A DNA stretch of 64,000 nucleotides from Candidatus Limnocylindrus sp. (GTDB lineage Bacteria > Chloroflexota > Limnocylindria > Limnocylindrales > Limnocylindraceae), in NCBI GenBank assembly GCA_040397235.1, contig JBBAWH010000001.1, positions 21,330-85,329 on the forward strand, written 5' to 3'. The notes under the pieces were generated by a model, which had not been told where the DNA came from, ran no database searches, and saw only the letters and a program-made list of their open reading frames with translations. Each line of letters begins with the position of its first letter. Position 1 is the stretch's first letter. Below, piece by piece: positions 33,520-41,316 of the stretch. Position numbers and translations under genes: made by a program.

Positions 33520-35432
33520 GCCCGAAGTATCGCCAGGCACCGAGCCGCGGGCGTGTTGATGGCCATGCGGCAAAGAAGCGCCTCAGCCAGAACTTCTTGC
33601 ACGATTTGAACGTTCGAGATCGCATCGTGCAGGCTGGTGTGCCGACTCCTGGGGAGCTCGTCTTGGAGATTGGCCCAGGGCTTGGATTCTTGACCGAGGC
33701 ACTCCTTGCTAGTGGCGCCAACGTGGTCGCTGTGGAGCTCGATAGCGATCTGATCCCTCGCCTGCAGCATAAGTTTGCGGCACAGATCAGTGCGGGGCAG
33801 CTGACCCTTATTCACGGCGATGCGCTCACCGTTGATCTCGAGTCACTCGCGCCAACCAGTGGGAGCTGGCGCGTCATTGCCAACATTCCGTATCACGTCA
33901 CGAGTCCACTGCTGCATCGGCTCCTGCTGCTGGCAGCGCCCCCTGCACGCATCGTCTTGCTGGTGCAGTTGGAGGTGGCGGAGCGCGTCGCGGCCGCACC
34001 CGGTGACTGGTCATACCTCACCGCATTTGTGCAGGCGAGAACGGTGGCCTCTGTCGTTGTACGGGTGCCCCGCGAGGCGTTTGACCCAGTGCCTGGCGTG
34101 GACTCTGCGATCTTGCTGCTCGAGCATCGAACGGGTGACGATGCGTTCACTCTAAGCCCACACGATGAGGAGCGCCTCTGGCGACTTGTGCAGGCGGGAT
34201 TCCGTGAGCGACGGAAGAAGTTGCGCAATGCACTCCCTCGCGCACTGCCAATTCTTGAGAGCGACATTATCGCGGCGCTTGGGCGCGCCAACCTCAGTCC
34301 CGATCAGCGCGCGCAGACGCTCTCGGTGAAAGACTGGATCGCCCTCTTGTCCGAACTTCCTGAACTTGATGCGGGTGTGCCGACGAACGCCGCTCGTGCC
34401 GCAGTCGCTCGGCGAAGCACCAGCGGAGGATCGGAGGTGCGCGAGCGGAACGCGACACGCTCGCAGCCAGCACCAGATCCAACGGTTGAGATCGTCGCAC
34501 ACGGCAAGATCAATCTGACGCTCGCCATCGTCGGCAAGCGCTCAGATGGGTACCACGAGCTCCACTCCGTGGTGGCGCAGTTCGAAGCAGGCGACCGCCT
34601 CTATCTGCGTCGATCAACTGACGGGGTGGATTCGATTCGGCTCGCTGGTGTGCCGCTGAATCTCGATGGGGAGAACCTCTGCGCCGTGGCGCTCGCGGCG
34701 CTGCGCCGAGCCTGTGAGGTTCCGCCAGTGGAGATCGTTCTCGAGAAGCGCCTCCCCGTTGCCGCTGGGCTGGGGGGCGGCTCAAGCGATGCCGCGGCAA
34801 CGCTACTCGGTGTCATCGAGCTCTTCGATCTGGACATTGATGACGAAACCTTGAACGCGGTCGCAGCCGAAGTGGGCTCCGACGTCCCACTCTTCCTCGT
34901 CGGCTCGCCAGCGCTGATGGAGGGGCGTGGGGAGTCGGTGACCCCGCTCGCCCCCTGGAAGGGCGAGCCCCTGGGGCTCCTCCTGATTACCGCCGGCCTG
35001 CCGCTGCGCACCCCAGAGGTGTTTGCCGCATTTGCCGCGGGGCTCCGCGGCTCGGCGCAGGGGGCGGCCCTGGTCAGCTCCCAGCACCTTGCGGCGGAAC
35101 TCACGGTCGGCATGAGCGGGGAGGGGCTCCTGCAGCGGGCTGCCGCCCTGGCCTCGGCAAATGACCTTCTGGCCCCCGCCCGGGCTGTGGCGCCGTGGCT
35201 CCGCCCCTTCGATCACGCCCTTCGTCGCCTCCTCGATCGCCCACTCTCGCTCTCAGGTTCGGGGCCAACCCTCTTCCTCCTCTATCCTTCCCAGCGAGAG
35301 GCAGAGGAGGGGGCAACCCTGATCGCCAACGCCCTCGCGAGCGGGGAGCTCGTGGCGCCGGAAGGCCTCACGCCCTCCGTGATCGCAACGAGGCTAATCG
35401 GGCCAGGTTCTGGCGAAAGGGGAGCAGCGTGA
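33516..35432 (+). CDS. In-frame fusion: 16S rRNA (adenine1518/1519-N6)-dimethyltransferase RsmA + 4-diphosphocytidyl-2-C-methyl-D-erythritol kinase IspE
   Basis: 638-aa ORF with no stop. The N-terminal half has KKRLSQNFLHD, LEIGPGLGFLT and NIPYHVTSPLL (RsmA/KsgA). After a ~45-aa linker come HGKINLTLAIVGKRSDGYHEL and PVAAGLGGGSSDAAATL (GHMP kinase IspE). ATGA overlap with tsaD. Confidence 0.88.
   Translation: MSPKYRQAPSRGRVDGHAAKKRLSQNFLHDLNVRDRIVQAGVPTPGELVLEIGPGLGFLTEALLASGANVVAVELDSDLIPRLQHKFAAQISAGQLTLIHGDALTVDLESLAPTSGSWRVIANIPYHVTSPLLHRLLLLAAPPARIVLLVQLEVAERVAAAPGDWSYLTAFVQARTVASVVVRVPREAFDPVPGVDSAILLLEHRTGDDAFTLSPHDEERLWRLVQAGFRERRKKLRNALPRALPILESDIIAALGRANLSPDQRAQTLSVKDWIALLSELPELDAGVPTNAARAAVARRSTSGGSEVRERNATRSQPAPDPTVEIVAHGKINLTLAIVGKRSDGYHELHSVVAQFEAGDRLYLRRSTDGVDSIRLAGVPLNLDGENLCAVALAALRRACEVPPVEIVLEKRLPVAAGLGGGSSDAAATLLGVIELFDLDIDDETLNAVAAEVGSDVPLFLVGSPALMEGRGESVTPLAPWKGEPLGLLLITAGLPLRTPEVFAAFAAGLRGSAQGAALVSSQHLAAELTVGMSGEGLLQRAAALASANDLLAPARAVAPWLRPFDHALRRLLDRPLSLSGSGPTLFLLYPSQREAEEGATLIANALASGELVAPEGLTPSVIATRLIGPGSGERGAA
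34425..34439 (+). promoter_or_regulatory. Internal SD (GGAGGA) plus in-frame GTG in the RsmA-IspE linker: possible independent IspE start
   Basis: GGAGGA at 34425-34430, a 6-nt spacer, then GTG at 34437-34439 in the fusion frame, about 18 codons before the conserved IspE N-terminal block. Confidence 0.35.
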
Positions 35433-35818
35433 AGCGTTCGATTACTGGGGCGGGTATTCCTGCCGCCATCGGACCGTACAGCCCGGCTGCTGCCATGGGC
35501 GACGAGCTCTACTGCTCTGGGCAGCTCGGACTCCATCCTGAAACTGGCGCACTCGCTGATGGCGTTGCTGCACAGGCAGAGCAGGCGGTGACGAACCTCG
35601 GTGCCCTGTTGGCCGCTGCTGGCTATGGCTACAACGACATCGTTAAGACGACCATCTTCCTTGTTGACCTCGCCGACTTTGCCACCGTCAACGAGATCTA
35701 CGGTCGGGCCTTCACCCAGCCGTACCCAGCACGCTCAACCATTCAGGTTGCAGCGTTGCCGAAGGGTGGCTTGGTAGAGATCGAAGCGATCGCCAAGCGA
35801 GGCGGCGCCGCAGGATGA
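35429..35818 (+). CDS. ridA: RidA/YjgF-family reactive-intermediate deaminase
   Basis: 129 aa from GTG 35429 (GTGA overlap with the ispE stop). AIGPYSPA...SGQLGL...TTIFLVDLADFATVNEIY...PARSTIQVAALPKGGLVEIEAIA. Confidence 0.9.
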   Translation: MKRSITGAGIPAAIGPYSPAAAMGDELYCSGQLGLHPETGALADGVAAQAEQAVTNLGALLAAAGYGYNDIVKTTIFLVDLADFATVNEIYGRAFTQPYPARSTIQVAALPKGGLVEIEAIAKRGGAAG

Positions 35819-37188
35819 GCCCGTCAAGTCGCGGGCCGGAGCGCCTTGAGGGCGTGACGGCCATCATCCTTGCCGCTGGAGTGGGATCGCGGATGCAGTC
35901 CCAGGTTCCCAAGGTGCTGCACCAACTGCTCGGCCGCCCAATGGCTGGCTGGGTCGTGGCGGCTGCCACTGAGGCGTTCTCTGAGAAGTCTGTCGTTGTC
36001 CTCTCGCCCGCGACCGCCGGGCTCGCCGAACTGCTGGGTGGAAGCGTCTCAATTGCTGAGCAGCCAAAGCCGCTCGGCACCGCCGATGCTGTTCGCTGCG
36101 CGCTTGCCGCGCTACCAGCCTCTGCAAAGGAGCTGCTCATCGCCTGCGGCGATACACCACTCATCACCGCCGCGCTGATGCGCGAGGTTGTTGCGGCACG
36201 TCGCGAGACGAACGCGCCGCTCGCGTTGGCCGCCTTTGATGCCGATGACCCTACGGGCTACGGACGGGTGATTGAATCAAGCGACGGCACAGCGGAGTGC
36301 GTGATCGAGGAGCGTGATGCCAGCGAAGAGCAGCGCGCCATCGGCACCGTTAACGCTGGGCTCTACGCCGTTGACCGAGCGTGGCTCACCGAGGCACTCG
36401 GCGCCATCACCCCGTCGAAGGCGAGTGGCGAGCTCTATCTCACCGATCTAGTCGCCGCGGCACACGACGCAGGTACCCCTGCGCCAATCGTCTATGGCCC
36501 GGAGATTGAGCTTGAGGGGGTGAACGACCGACACCAGTTCGCCGATGTCGCAGCCGCACTCCGCGAGCGCATCAACGAGGGGCATCTAGATCGTGGCGTG
36601 GCGTTGATTGACCCAACGACCGCGTGGATTGACGTGCAGGTTGAGATCGCTGCGGATGCCGTGATTGAGCCGGGCGTGACGCTTCTTGGGAGAACGAGCA
36701 TTGGCGCGCGAACTCAAATTGGGAGCGGTTCACGGATTGAGGCGACATCCATCGGCGAAGACTGCACAGTTCGCTCCTCAGCGATTGAGGGATCAACCAT
36801 CGCGTCGCACGTTGATGTTGGGCCGTTTGCGCACATTCGACCAGGGTGCACCATTGCGGCAAACTGTCACGTTGGAAACTTTGCTGAAATGAAAGCAACG
36901 AGTCTCGCCGCTGGCGCGAAGGTCGGCCATCACTCATATCTTGGTGATGCCGAAGTGGGGGAGCGTGCGAACATCGGCGCGGGCACCATCACGGCGAACT
37001 ACAATGGGGTAGAGAAGGTCAAGACGCTGATTGGCGCAGACGCCTTCACAGGTGTGGGGACTTTGATTGTTGCCCCGGCGGGCATCGGTATCGGAGCCAA
37101 GACAGGGGCTGGCACGGTGGTGCTTGCGGATATCCCTGATGGCTGTACGGCGGTCGGCGTTCCGGCTCGCATCATTCGGGAGGCGTAA
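35815..37188 (+). CDS. glmU: Bifunctional UDP-N-acetylglucosamine diphosphorylase / glucosamine-1-phosphate N-acetyltransferase
   Basis: 457 aa. AIILAAGVGSRM...PKVLH N-terminal nucleotidyltransferase. Hexapeptide-repeat C-terminal half. ATGA overlap with ridA. Confidence 0.93.
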   Translation: MSPSSRGPERLEGVTAIILAAGVGSRMQSQVPKVLHQLLGRPMAGWVVAAATEAFSEKSVVVLSPATAGLAELLGGSVSIAEQPKPLGTADAVRCALAALPASAKELLIACGDTPLITAALMREVVAARRETNAPLALAAFDADDPTGYGRVIESSDGTAECVIEERDASEEQRAIGTVNAGLYAVDRAWLTEALGAITPSKASGELYLTDLVAAAHDAGTPAPIVYGPEIELEGVNDRHQFADVAAALRERINEGHLDRGVALIDPTTAWIDVQVEIAADAVIEPGVTLLGRTSIGARTQIGSGSRIEATSIGEDCTVRSSAIEGSTIASHVDVGPFAHIRPGCTIAANCHVGNFAEMKATSLAAGAKVGHHSYLGDAEVGERANIGAGTITANYNGVEKVKTLIGADAFTGVGTLIVAPAGIGIGAKTGAGTVVLADIPDGCTAVGVPARIIREA

Positions 37189-37190
37189 CG

Positions 37191-38507
37191 ATGCTCGGCA
37201 CCGACATCCTGATCATTCTTCTACTGATCCTGATCAACGGCTTCTTCGTTGGTGCCGAGATCGCCTTTGTCTCTGTTCGCCGTACGCGCCTCGATGAGCT
37301 CGCCGAGGCGGGCGATCGCCGTGCGAAGCGCGCCCAGAAGCTGATGCGCGATCCAGGGCGCTTCCTCGCCGTGATCCAGGTTGCGATCACCTTCCTCGGG
37401 GCACTCGCCTCCGCCGTTGCTGCCGTCAGCATCGTGACCGTAGTTGCGGAGCCGCTGCGTGGGATCGCGCCCCTTGCCGACTATGCCGACACGATTGCGC
37501 TGCTCCTCGTCACCTTCATCGTCTCTGTGGTCTCCATCGTGCTTGGGGAGTTGATACCGAAGGGGTTTGCCCTCGCCAATCCGGACCGCATTGCCCTCGC
37601 AGTCTCTGGGCCGATCACCCTCTTCGCCAAGATTGTGAGCCCACTGGTGGCGGTGCTCGTGCTCCTCACCAAGATCATCTCGAAACCATTCGGCATTGAC
37701 CCAACTCGTACCCCAGAGCTCTCCGCAGCCGAGATCCGCCTGATCGTGGAGCAGGGGAGCCAGCAGGGCGTACTTGAGGCCGAAGAGGAGCAGATGATCA
37801 GCGCTGTAATGTCGCTCAGCGACTCCAAGTTGCATGAGGTGATGGTGCCGCGCATTGATATCGCGGCGATCGACCAAGAGGCGAGCTTTGATGACGCCGT
37901 CACGCTAGTGCTCACCGAGGGACACAGTCGTACGCCGCTCTACAAGGAGTCGGTCGACCATATCGTTGGCATCCTCTACGCGAAGGACCTGCTGCGCATC
38001 ATTGCTGCGGGCGGGCCGCGTCCACGACTGCGCGACATCATGCGTCCGGCACTCTTTGTTCCTGAGTCACAGGCGGTCGATGACTTGCTCAACGAACTAC
38101 AGCGTCGCCGCGTGCACATGGCGATCGTGCTTGACGAATACGGCGGTACTGCGGGCCTCGTGACCATTGAAGACCTGCTCGAAGAGATCGTCGGTGAGAT
38201 TCAGGACGAGTTTGACGAAGAGGAGCCGATGAAGGTGATGGTTCGCGAGGGCGAGGCGATCCTTGACGGCCGAGCCGATATTGATGAGATGGGCGAACTT
38301 GTCGACCCTCCGCTAGAGCTTGAGGATGATGAGGAGTACGACACCGTGGGCGGATTCGTCTATCACCGTATCGGCCGCGTCCCCGTTGTGGGCGACACGG
38401 TGGCAGTGGACCCATTCAAAATCACAGTGATCAAGGTGATTGGTCGCCGCGTCGGCAAGGTACGCGTGACCTGGGATACGGGGGTTGCGAAGCCGATCGC
38501 TGATTAG
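37191..38507 (+). CDS. CNNM/CorC-type membrane protein (DUF21 + CBS pair + CorC_HlyC domain)
   Basis: 438 aa. Four N-terminal hydrophobic segments. CBS-pair region (VMVPRIDI...). C-terminal [16 protein letters not shown] transporter-associated domain. Confidence 0.85.
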   Translation: MLGTDILIILLLILINGFFVGAEIAFVSVRRTRLDELAEAGDRRAKRAQKLMRDPGRFLAVIQVAITFLGALASAVAAVSIVTVVAEPLRGIAPLADYADTIALLLVTFIVSVVSIVLGELIPKGFALANPDRIALAVSGPITLFAKIVSPLVAVLVLLTKIISKPFGIDPTRTPELSAAEIRLIVEQGSQQGVLEAEEEQMISAVMSLSDSKLHEVMVPRIDIAAIDQEASFDDAVTLVLTEGHSRTPLYKESVDHIVGILYAKDLLRIIAAGGPRPRLRDIMRPALFVPESQAVDDLLNELQRRRVHMAIVLDEYGGTAGLVTIEDLLEEIVGEIQDEFDEEEPMKVMVREGEAILDGRADIDEMGELVDPPLELEDDEEYDTVGGFVYHRIGRVPVVGDTVAVDPFKITVIKVIGRRVGKVRVTWDTGVAKPIAD

Positions 38508-39553
38508 GCGGAGATCACCCGGTCAATAATCTCTTCGAGTTTCGCCACGGCGCGCGGGTTGAGCTGCGAGAGAGTGCGAATCTCACTGATCGCCTTAGCG
38601 CGCCACTCCTGTGCCTTCATGCGTGTGTACTCACGTGACCCGGTGCGCTCAAGTACCTGCAATCCTGCGGCGACTGAGTCGGCGCCTGGGTTCGTTTCGG
38701 CGTAGAGTTTTGTCAGCACCGCGCGGTCGGCGGGGCTCGCCTGCTCCATGGCATGAAGGACGGGGAGCGTCTTCTTGTGACGGGCCAGATCAGAGGCCTC
38801 CTTCCCTGTAGCCGCCTCGTCGCCCCAGATGCCGAGGAGGTCGTCGTTGATCTGGAAGGCGAGCCCGAGGGCCCAGCCGAAGTTTCGGAAGTGGCGGATG
38901 ACCTCCTCGTCGTCACTGGCAAGGATCGCGCCAGACTCTACGGAGCCCGAGATGAGGGCGGCGGTCTTACGACCGATCATTTCAAAGTAGTGTTCAACGC
39001 TCTGCATCTCTGTGCGTGCGCTTGCGGCGATGTCGATGAATTGCCCTTCGCAGAGGCGCAGGCACGTCTCGTCGTAGAGCTTCATCAGGCGAATCACCTT
39101 GGCATCAGAGAAGCCGAGGGTGGTGAGGTGGTGCAGTGCTACGCGGCTGATCGTGAAGAGTGCATCGCCGGTGTTGATGGCCTGGGGAATACCATCTCGA
39201 ACCCAGAGTGTCGGCCGGCCGCGTCGCTCGGCATCACCGTCCTCAATGTCGTCGTGGACGAGTGAGAAGTTGTGTCCGAGCTCTACTGCCGCAGCACCGG
39301 GGAGTGCGCGATCCCAGTCTGGCGAGATCGAGGCATAGGCGAGGAGGCCGAGGAGGGGGCGCATGCGCTTTCCGGGCCGCGCTGCGGGATCGTTGTACCC
39401 GAGGTGGTAGCGAATCTGCTCGTACATGGGGGCCGTAATCGGCTCCTCCCATTCGGCGAGCAGATCAAGGATGGTGCGATCGGTTGCCGCAACCAGTTCG
39501 TCGAGGTTCAGGCTCAGGAGATCTCCCGCCGCCCCTTGCTGCTGCTCGCTCAC
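38504..39553 (-). CDS. Polyprenyl diphosphate synthase (trans-isoprenyl, GGPP-synthase-like)
   Basis: 349 aa. First Asp-rich motif LVHDDIEDGD...RRGRPT and second FQINDDLLG. GTG start with GAGGTGAGGGGGG upstream. Confidence 0.88.
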   Translation of the reverse strand: MSEQQQGAAGDLLSLNLDELVAATDRTILDLLAEWEEPITAPMYEQIRYHLGYNDPAARPGKRMRPLLGLLAYASISPDWDRALPGAAAVELGHNFSLVHDDIEDGDAERRGRPTLWVRDGIPQAINTGDALFTISRVALHHLTTLGFSDAKVIRLMKLYDETCLRLCEGQFIDIAASARTEMQSVEHYFEMIGRKTAALISGSVESGAILASDDEEVIRHFRNFGWALGLAFQINDDLLGIWGDEAATGKEASDLARHKKTLPVLHAMEQASPADRAVLTKLYAETNPGADSVAAGLQVLERTGSREYTRMKAQEWRAKAISEIRTLSQLNPRAVAKLEEIIDRVISA

Positions 39554-39607
39554 GCGCCCCCCTCACCTCTTGCCCGGCGCGTTTGAACGCGGCGCGGTTG
39601 TAGGGCA

Positions 39608-39613
39608 ATGCTA
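39608..39613 (-). promoter_or_regulatory. Candidate -10 box (TAGCAT, minus strand) for the polyprenyl synthase gene
   Basis: The plus strand reads ATGCTA at 39608-39613. It overlaps the plus-strand recO -10 candidate by 2 nt. Confidence 0.25.
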
Positions 39614-39617
39614 CCCT
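39609..39617 (+). promoter_or_regulatory. Candidate extended -10 (TGcTACCCT) 7 nt upstream of the recO ATG (leaderless)
   Basis: TGCTACCCT at 39609-39617, spacer GCGCATC, ATG at 39625. No SD. Confidence 0.35.
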
Positions 39618-39624
39618 GCGCATC

Positions 39625-40374
39625 ATGCCTGCACGTCAAAGCACTACGTCGCTGGCCGTCGTCACCTCCCGCTTCCGCCTCGGCGAAGCCGATCGCGTGC
39701 TCACCCTCCTCTCCGCGACACGCGGCAAGTTCAAAGCGATCGCCAAGGGGGTCCGTAAGCCAACCAGCCGGCTCGGGGGCGGGGTAGAGCCCTTCGCCGA
39801 GTTAGACCTCGCCCTCATCGCGGGGAGAACCTTCGATACCGTGACCCAGGTTCGCAGCGTACGAGTCTGGCTCGGACTACGCGGTCGACTCGGCAGTGCG
39901 GCGGTCGCCTGGTACGTCGCCGAGTTGGTCGAACGTGGAACGAGCGATGAGCAGCCCGAACCAGAACTGTACGAGCTGCTCATTCGCGCCTGGGATCTTC
40001 TCGAGTCCGGCGCACCCGATGCGCTCGTGGCGCGCTGGGCTGAGCTGGCACTCCTTGACGCCTCTGGGCAGGGCCCAGAGCTCGACGTCTGCCTTGAGTG
40101 CGGGCGGGCGCCCGTTGCGGGCGAGGGCCTCCGCTGGGATGAGGAGGGTGCGGGCATTCGCTGTGCATCGCATGCACTTGGGGGAGCGTTCTCCAGTGAT
40201 GCGTTGCGGCTCATGCGAGCACTGCGACGCTTTGCGCCAGAGGAGCTGGTTTCTCTCGTGCTGCCTCCCGCCCCCCAACGAGAGGTGAGCTGGGCCCTGC
40301 GCCTCGCTGTGCATCTCCTCTTCGGCACTGAGCCGAAGAGTCGCAGCTTCATGGACGAGGTGTTGGCACCGTAA
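39625..40374 (+). CDS. recO: DNA repair protein RecO
   Basis: 249 aa. OB-fold N-terminus (VVTSRFRLGEADRVLTLLSATRGKFKAIAKG) and a Cys-containing CLECGR zinc-like motif. Confidence 0.88.
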   Translation: MPARQSTTSLAVVTSRFRLGEADRVLTLLSATRGKFKAIAKGVRKPTSRLGGGVEPFAELDLALIAGRTFDTVTQVRSVRVWLGLRGRLGSAAVAWYVAELVERGTSDEQPEPELYELLIRAWDLLESGAPDALVARWAELALLDASGQGPELDVCLECGRAPVAGEGLRWDEEGAGIRCASHALGGAFSSDALRLMRALRRFAPEELVSLVLPPAPQREVSWALRLAVHLLFGTEPKSRSFMDEVLAP

Positions 40375-40398
40375 GCGGCGGAGGGTTGCGGCTCCGAA

Positions 40399-40734
40399 CT
40401 AGGCGGCGACGAAGCCGGTTGTGGTCGCGACGAACCAGATTGCGGCAAGCAGTACGAGCATCGCGCCGTACGTCAGCAAGATGCGGCGAAGGTCTCGTTG
40501 CACGACGGGCATCTCTGCGGCGATCTCGGCGGTGAGTCGCTGTGTCGATGCGACCCGGCTACCAATTGGCGCAGAGGTGCCCGTAATGATGGTGCTCTTC
40601 GGGGCGACGAGCGTCGCCTCATAGGCGGCCGCAGCGGCCTCCTCGGCGGGAGTGAGACCACGCTTGGGCGCGTCGGCATGCGACTTCAGCTTCGGGCGCT
40701 GGTCGGGGCGGAAGCGCTTCTCGCGTTTAGCCAT
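40399..40734 (-). CDS. Hypothetical small membrane-anchored protein (basic N-terminus, single C-terminal TM)
   Basis: 111 aa. Near-perfect SD AAGGAGGAG 4 nt before the ATG. C-terminal hydrophobic LLTYGAMLVLLAAIWFVATTTGFV. Confidence 0.6.
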   Translation of the reverse strand: MAKREKRFRPDQRPKLKSHADAPKRGLTPAEEAAAAAYEATLVAPKSTIITGTSAPIGSRVASTQRLTAEIAAEMPVVQRDLRRILLTYGAMLVLLAAIWFVATTTGFVAA

Positions 40735-40761
40735 GACTCCTCCTTACAGGATTGTTGCCAG

Positions 40762-40767
40762 AGGATA
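40762..40767 (-). promoter_or_regulatory. Candidate -10 box (TATCCT, minus strand) for the 111-aa membrane protein gene
   Basis: The plus strand reads AGGATA at 40762-40767. It would give a ~20-nt leader containing the strong SD. Confidence 0.3.
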
Positions 40768-40778
40768 CCTGACCCAGG

Positions 40779-40806
40779 TTGAGGGGGCGGCGAGGGCTGA
40801 TAGGAT
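40779..40806 (+). promoter_or_regulatory. Candidate leaderless promoter TTGAGG-16 nt-(TGa)TAGGAT, 6 nt upstream of GTG 40813
   Basis: TTGAGG at 40779-40784 and TGATAGGAT at 40798-40806, spacer GCAGCC, then the GTG start. No SD. Confidence 0.45.
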
Positions 40807-40812
40807 GCAGCC

Positions 40813-41316
40813 GTGGATAGCCAAGTGCTCCTTGCAATCGGCGTCGCCGGGGTGCTCGTTGCCCTGCTCGCGCTCCTCGTCGCCCTGATCTCGATCCGTA
40901 ACCTACGCCGTCTCCGCGCCGACTACGCGGCGCTGGTCTCTGGGAATGAGGCACTCACCGCCGAGCAGCGATTCGCCCAGGTGCTTGAGCGGGTTGCCGA
41001 GCAGGGGGTCTCGTCGCAGGTGGCGGGGACGCGCCTCACCGCCCTTGAAACGGCCGCCCCTGGCGCAATGAGTCGCATGGGCCTCATCCAGTTCCAGGCC
41101 TTCGAAGATGTCGGCGGCGGCCAAAGCTCTGCGCTGGCGCTGCTTGATGCGGTGGGGAGTGGCGTCGTGATCACCGCGCTGCATGCTCGAGTCGGCACAC
41201 GCATCTATGTGAAGCGCGTCATTGAGGGTCGGGGCGAGGGGACCCTTGGCGCTGAAGAGTCAGCGGCAATCGCTGCCGCCTTGGCACAGCCCGCCTACAG
41301 CGCTCCACAACGGTGA
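40813..41316 (+). CDS. DUF4446-like membrane-anchored protein
   Basis: 167 aa. N-terminal TM, a coiled region, then RMGLIQFQAFEDVGGGQSSALALLDAVGSGVVITALHARVGTRIYVKRV. From memory, this resembles the DUF4446 core. Confidence 0.55.
   Translation: MDSQVLLAIGVAGVLVALLALLVALISIRNLRRLRADYAALVSGNEALTAEQRFAQVLERVAEQGVSSQVAGTRLTALETAAPGAMSRMGLIQFQAFEDVGGGQSSALALLDAVGSGVVITALHARVGTRIYVKRVIEGRGEGTLGAEESAAIAAALAQPAYSAPQR

Noticed and set aside
35195-35428. Upstream 78 codons of the ridA ORF (start 35195)
   Set aside because: This stretch lies inside ispE in another frame and is Pro/Arg-rich. GTG 35429, overlapping the ispE stop, gives a normal-length (129 aa) RidA.
39636-40448. 270-aa ORF antisense to recO
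   Set aside because: The translation is Ser/Arg/Pro-rich with no motifs. The recO frame has recognisable RecO features and a plausible promoter.
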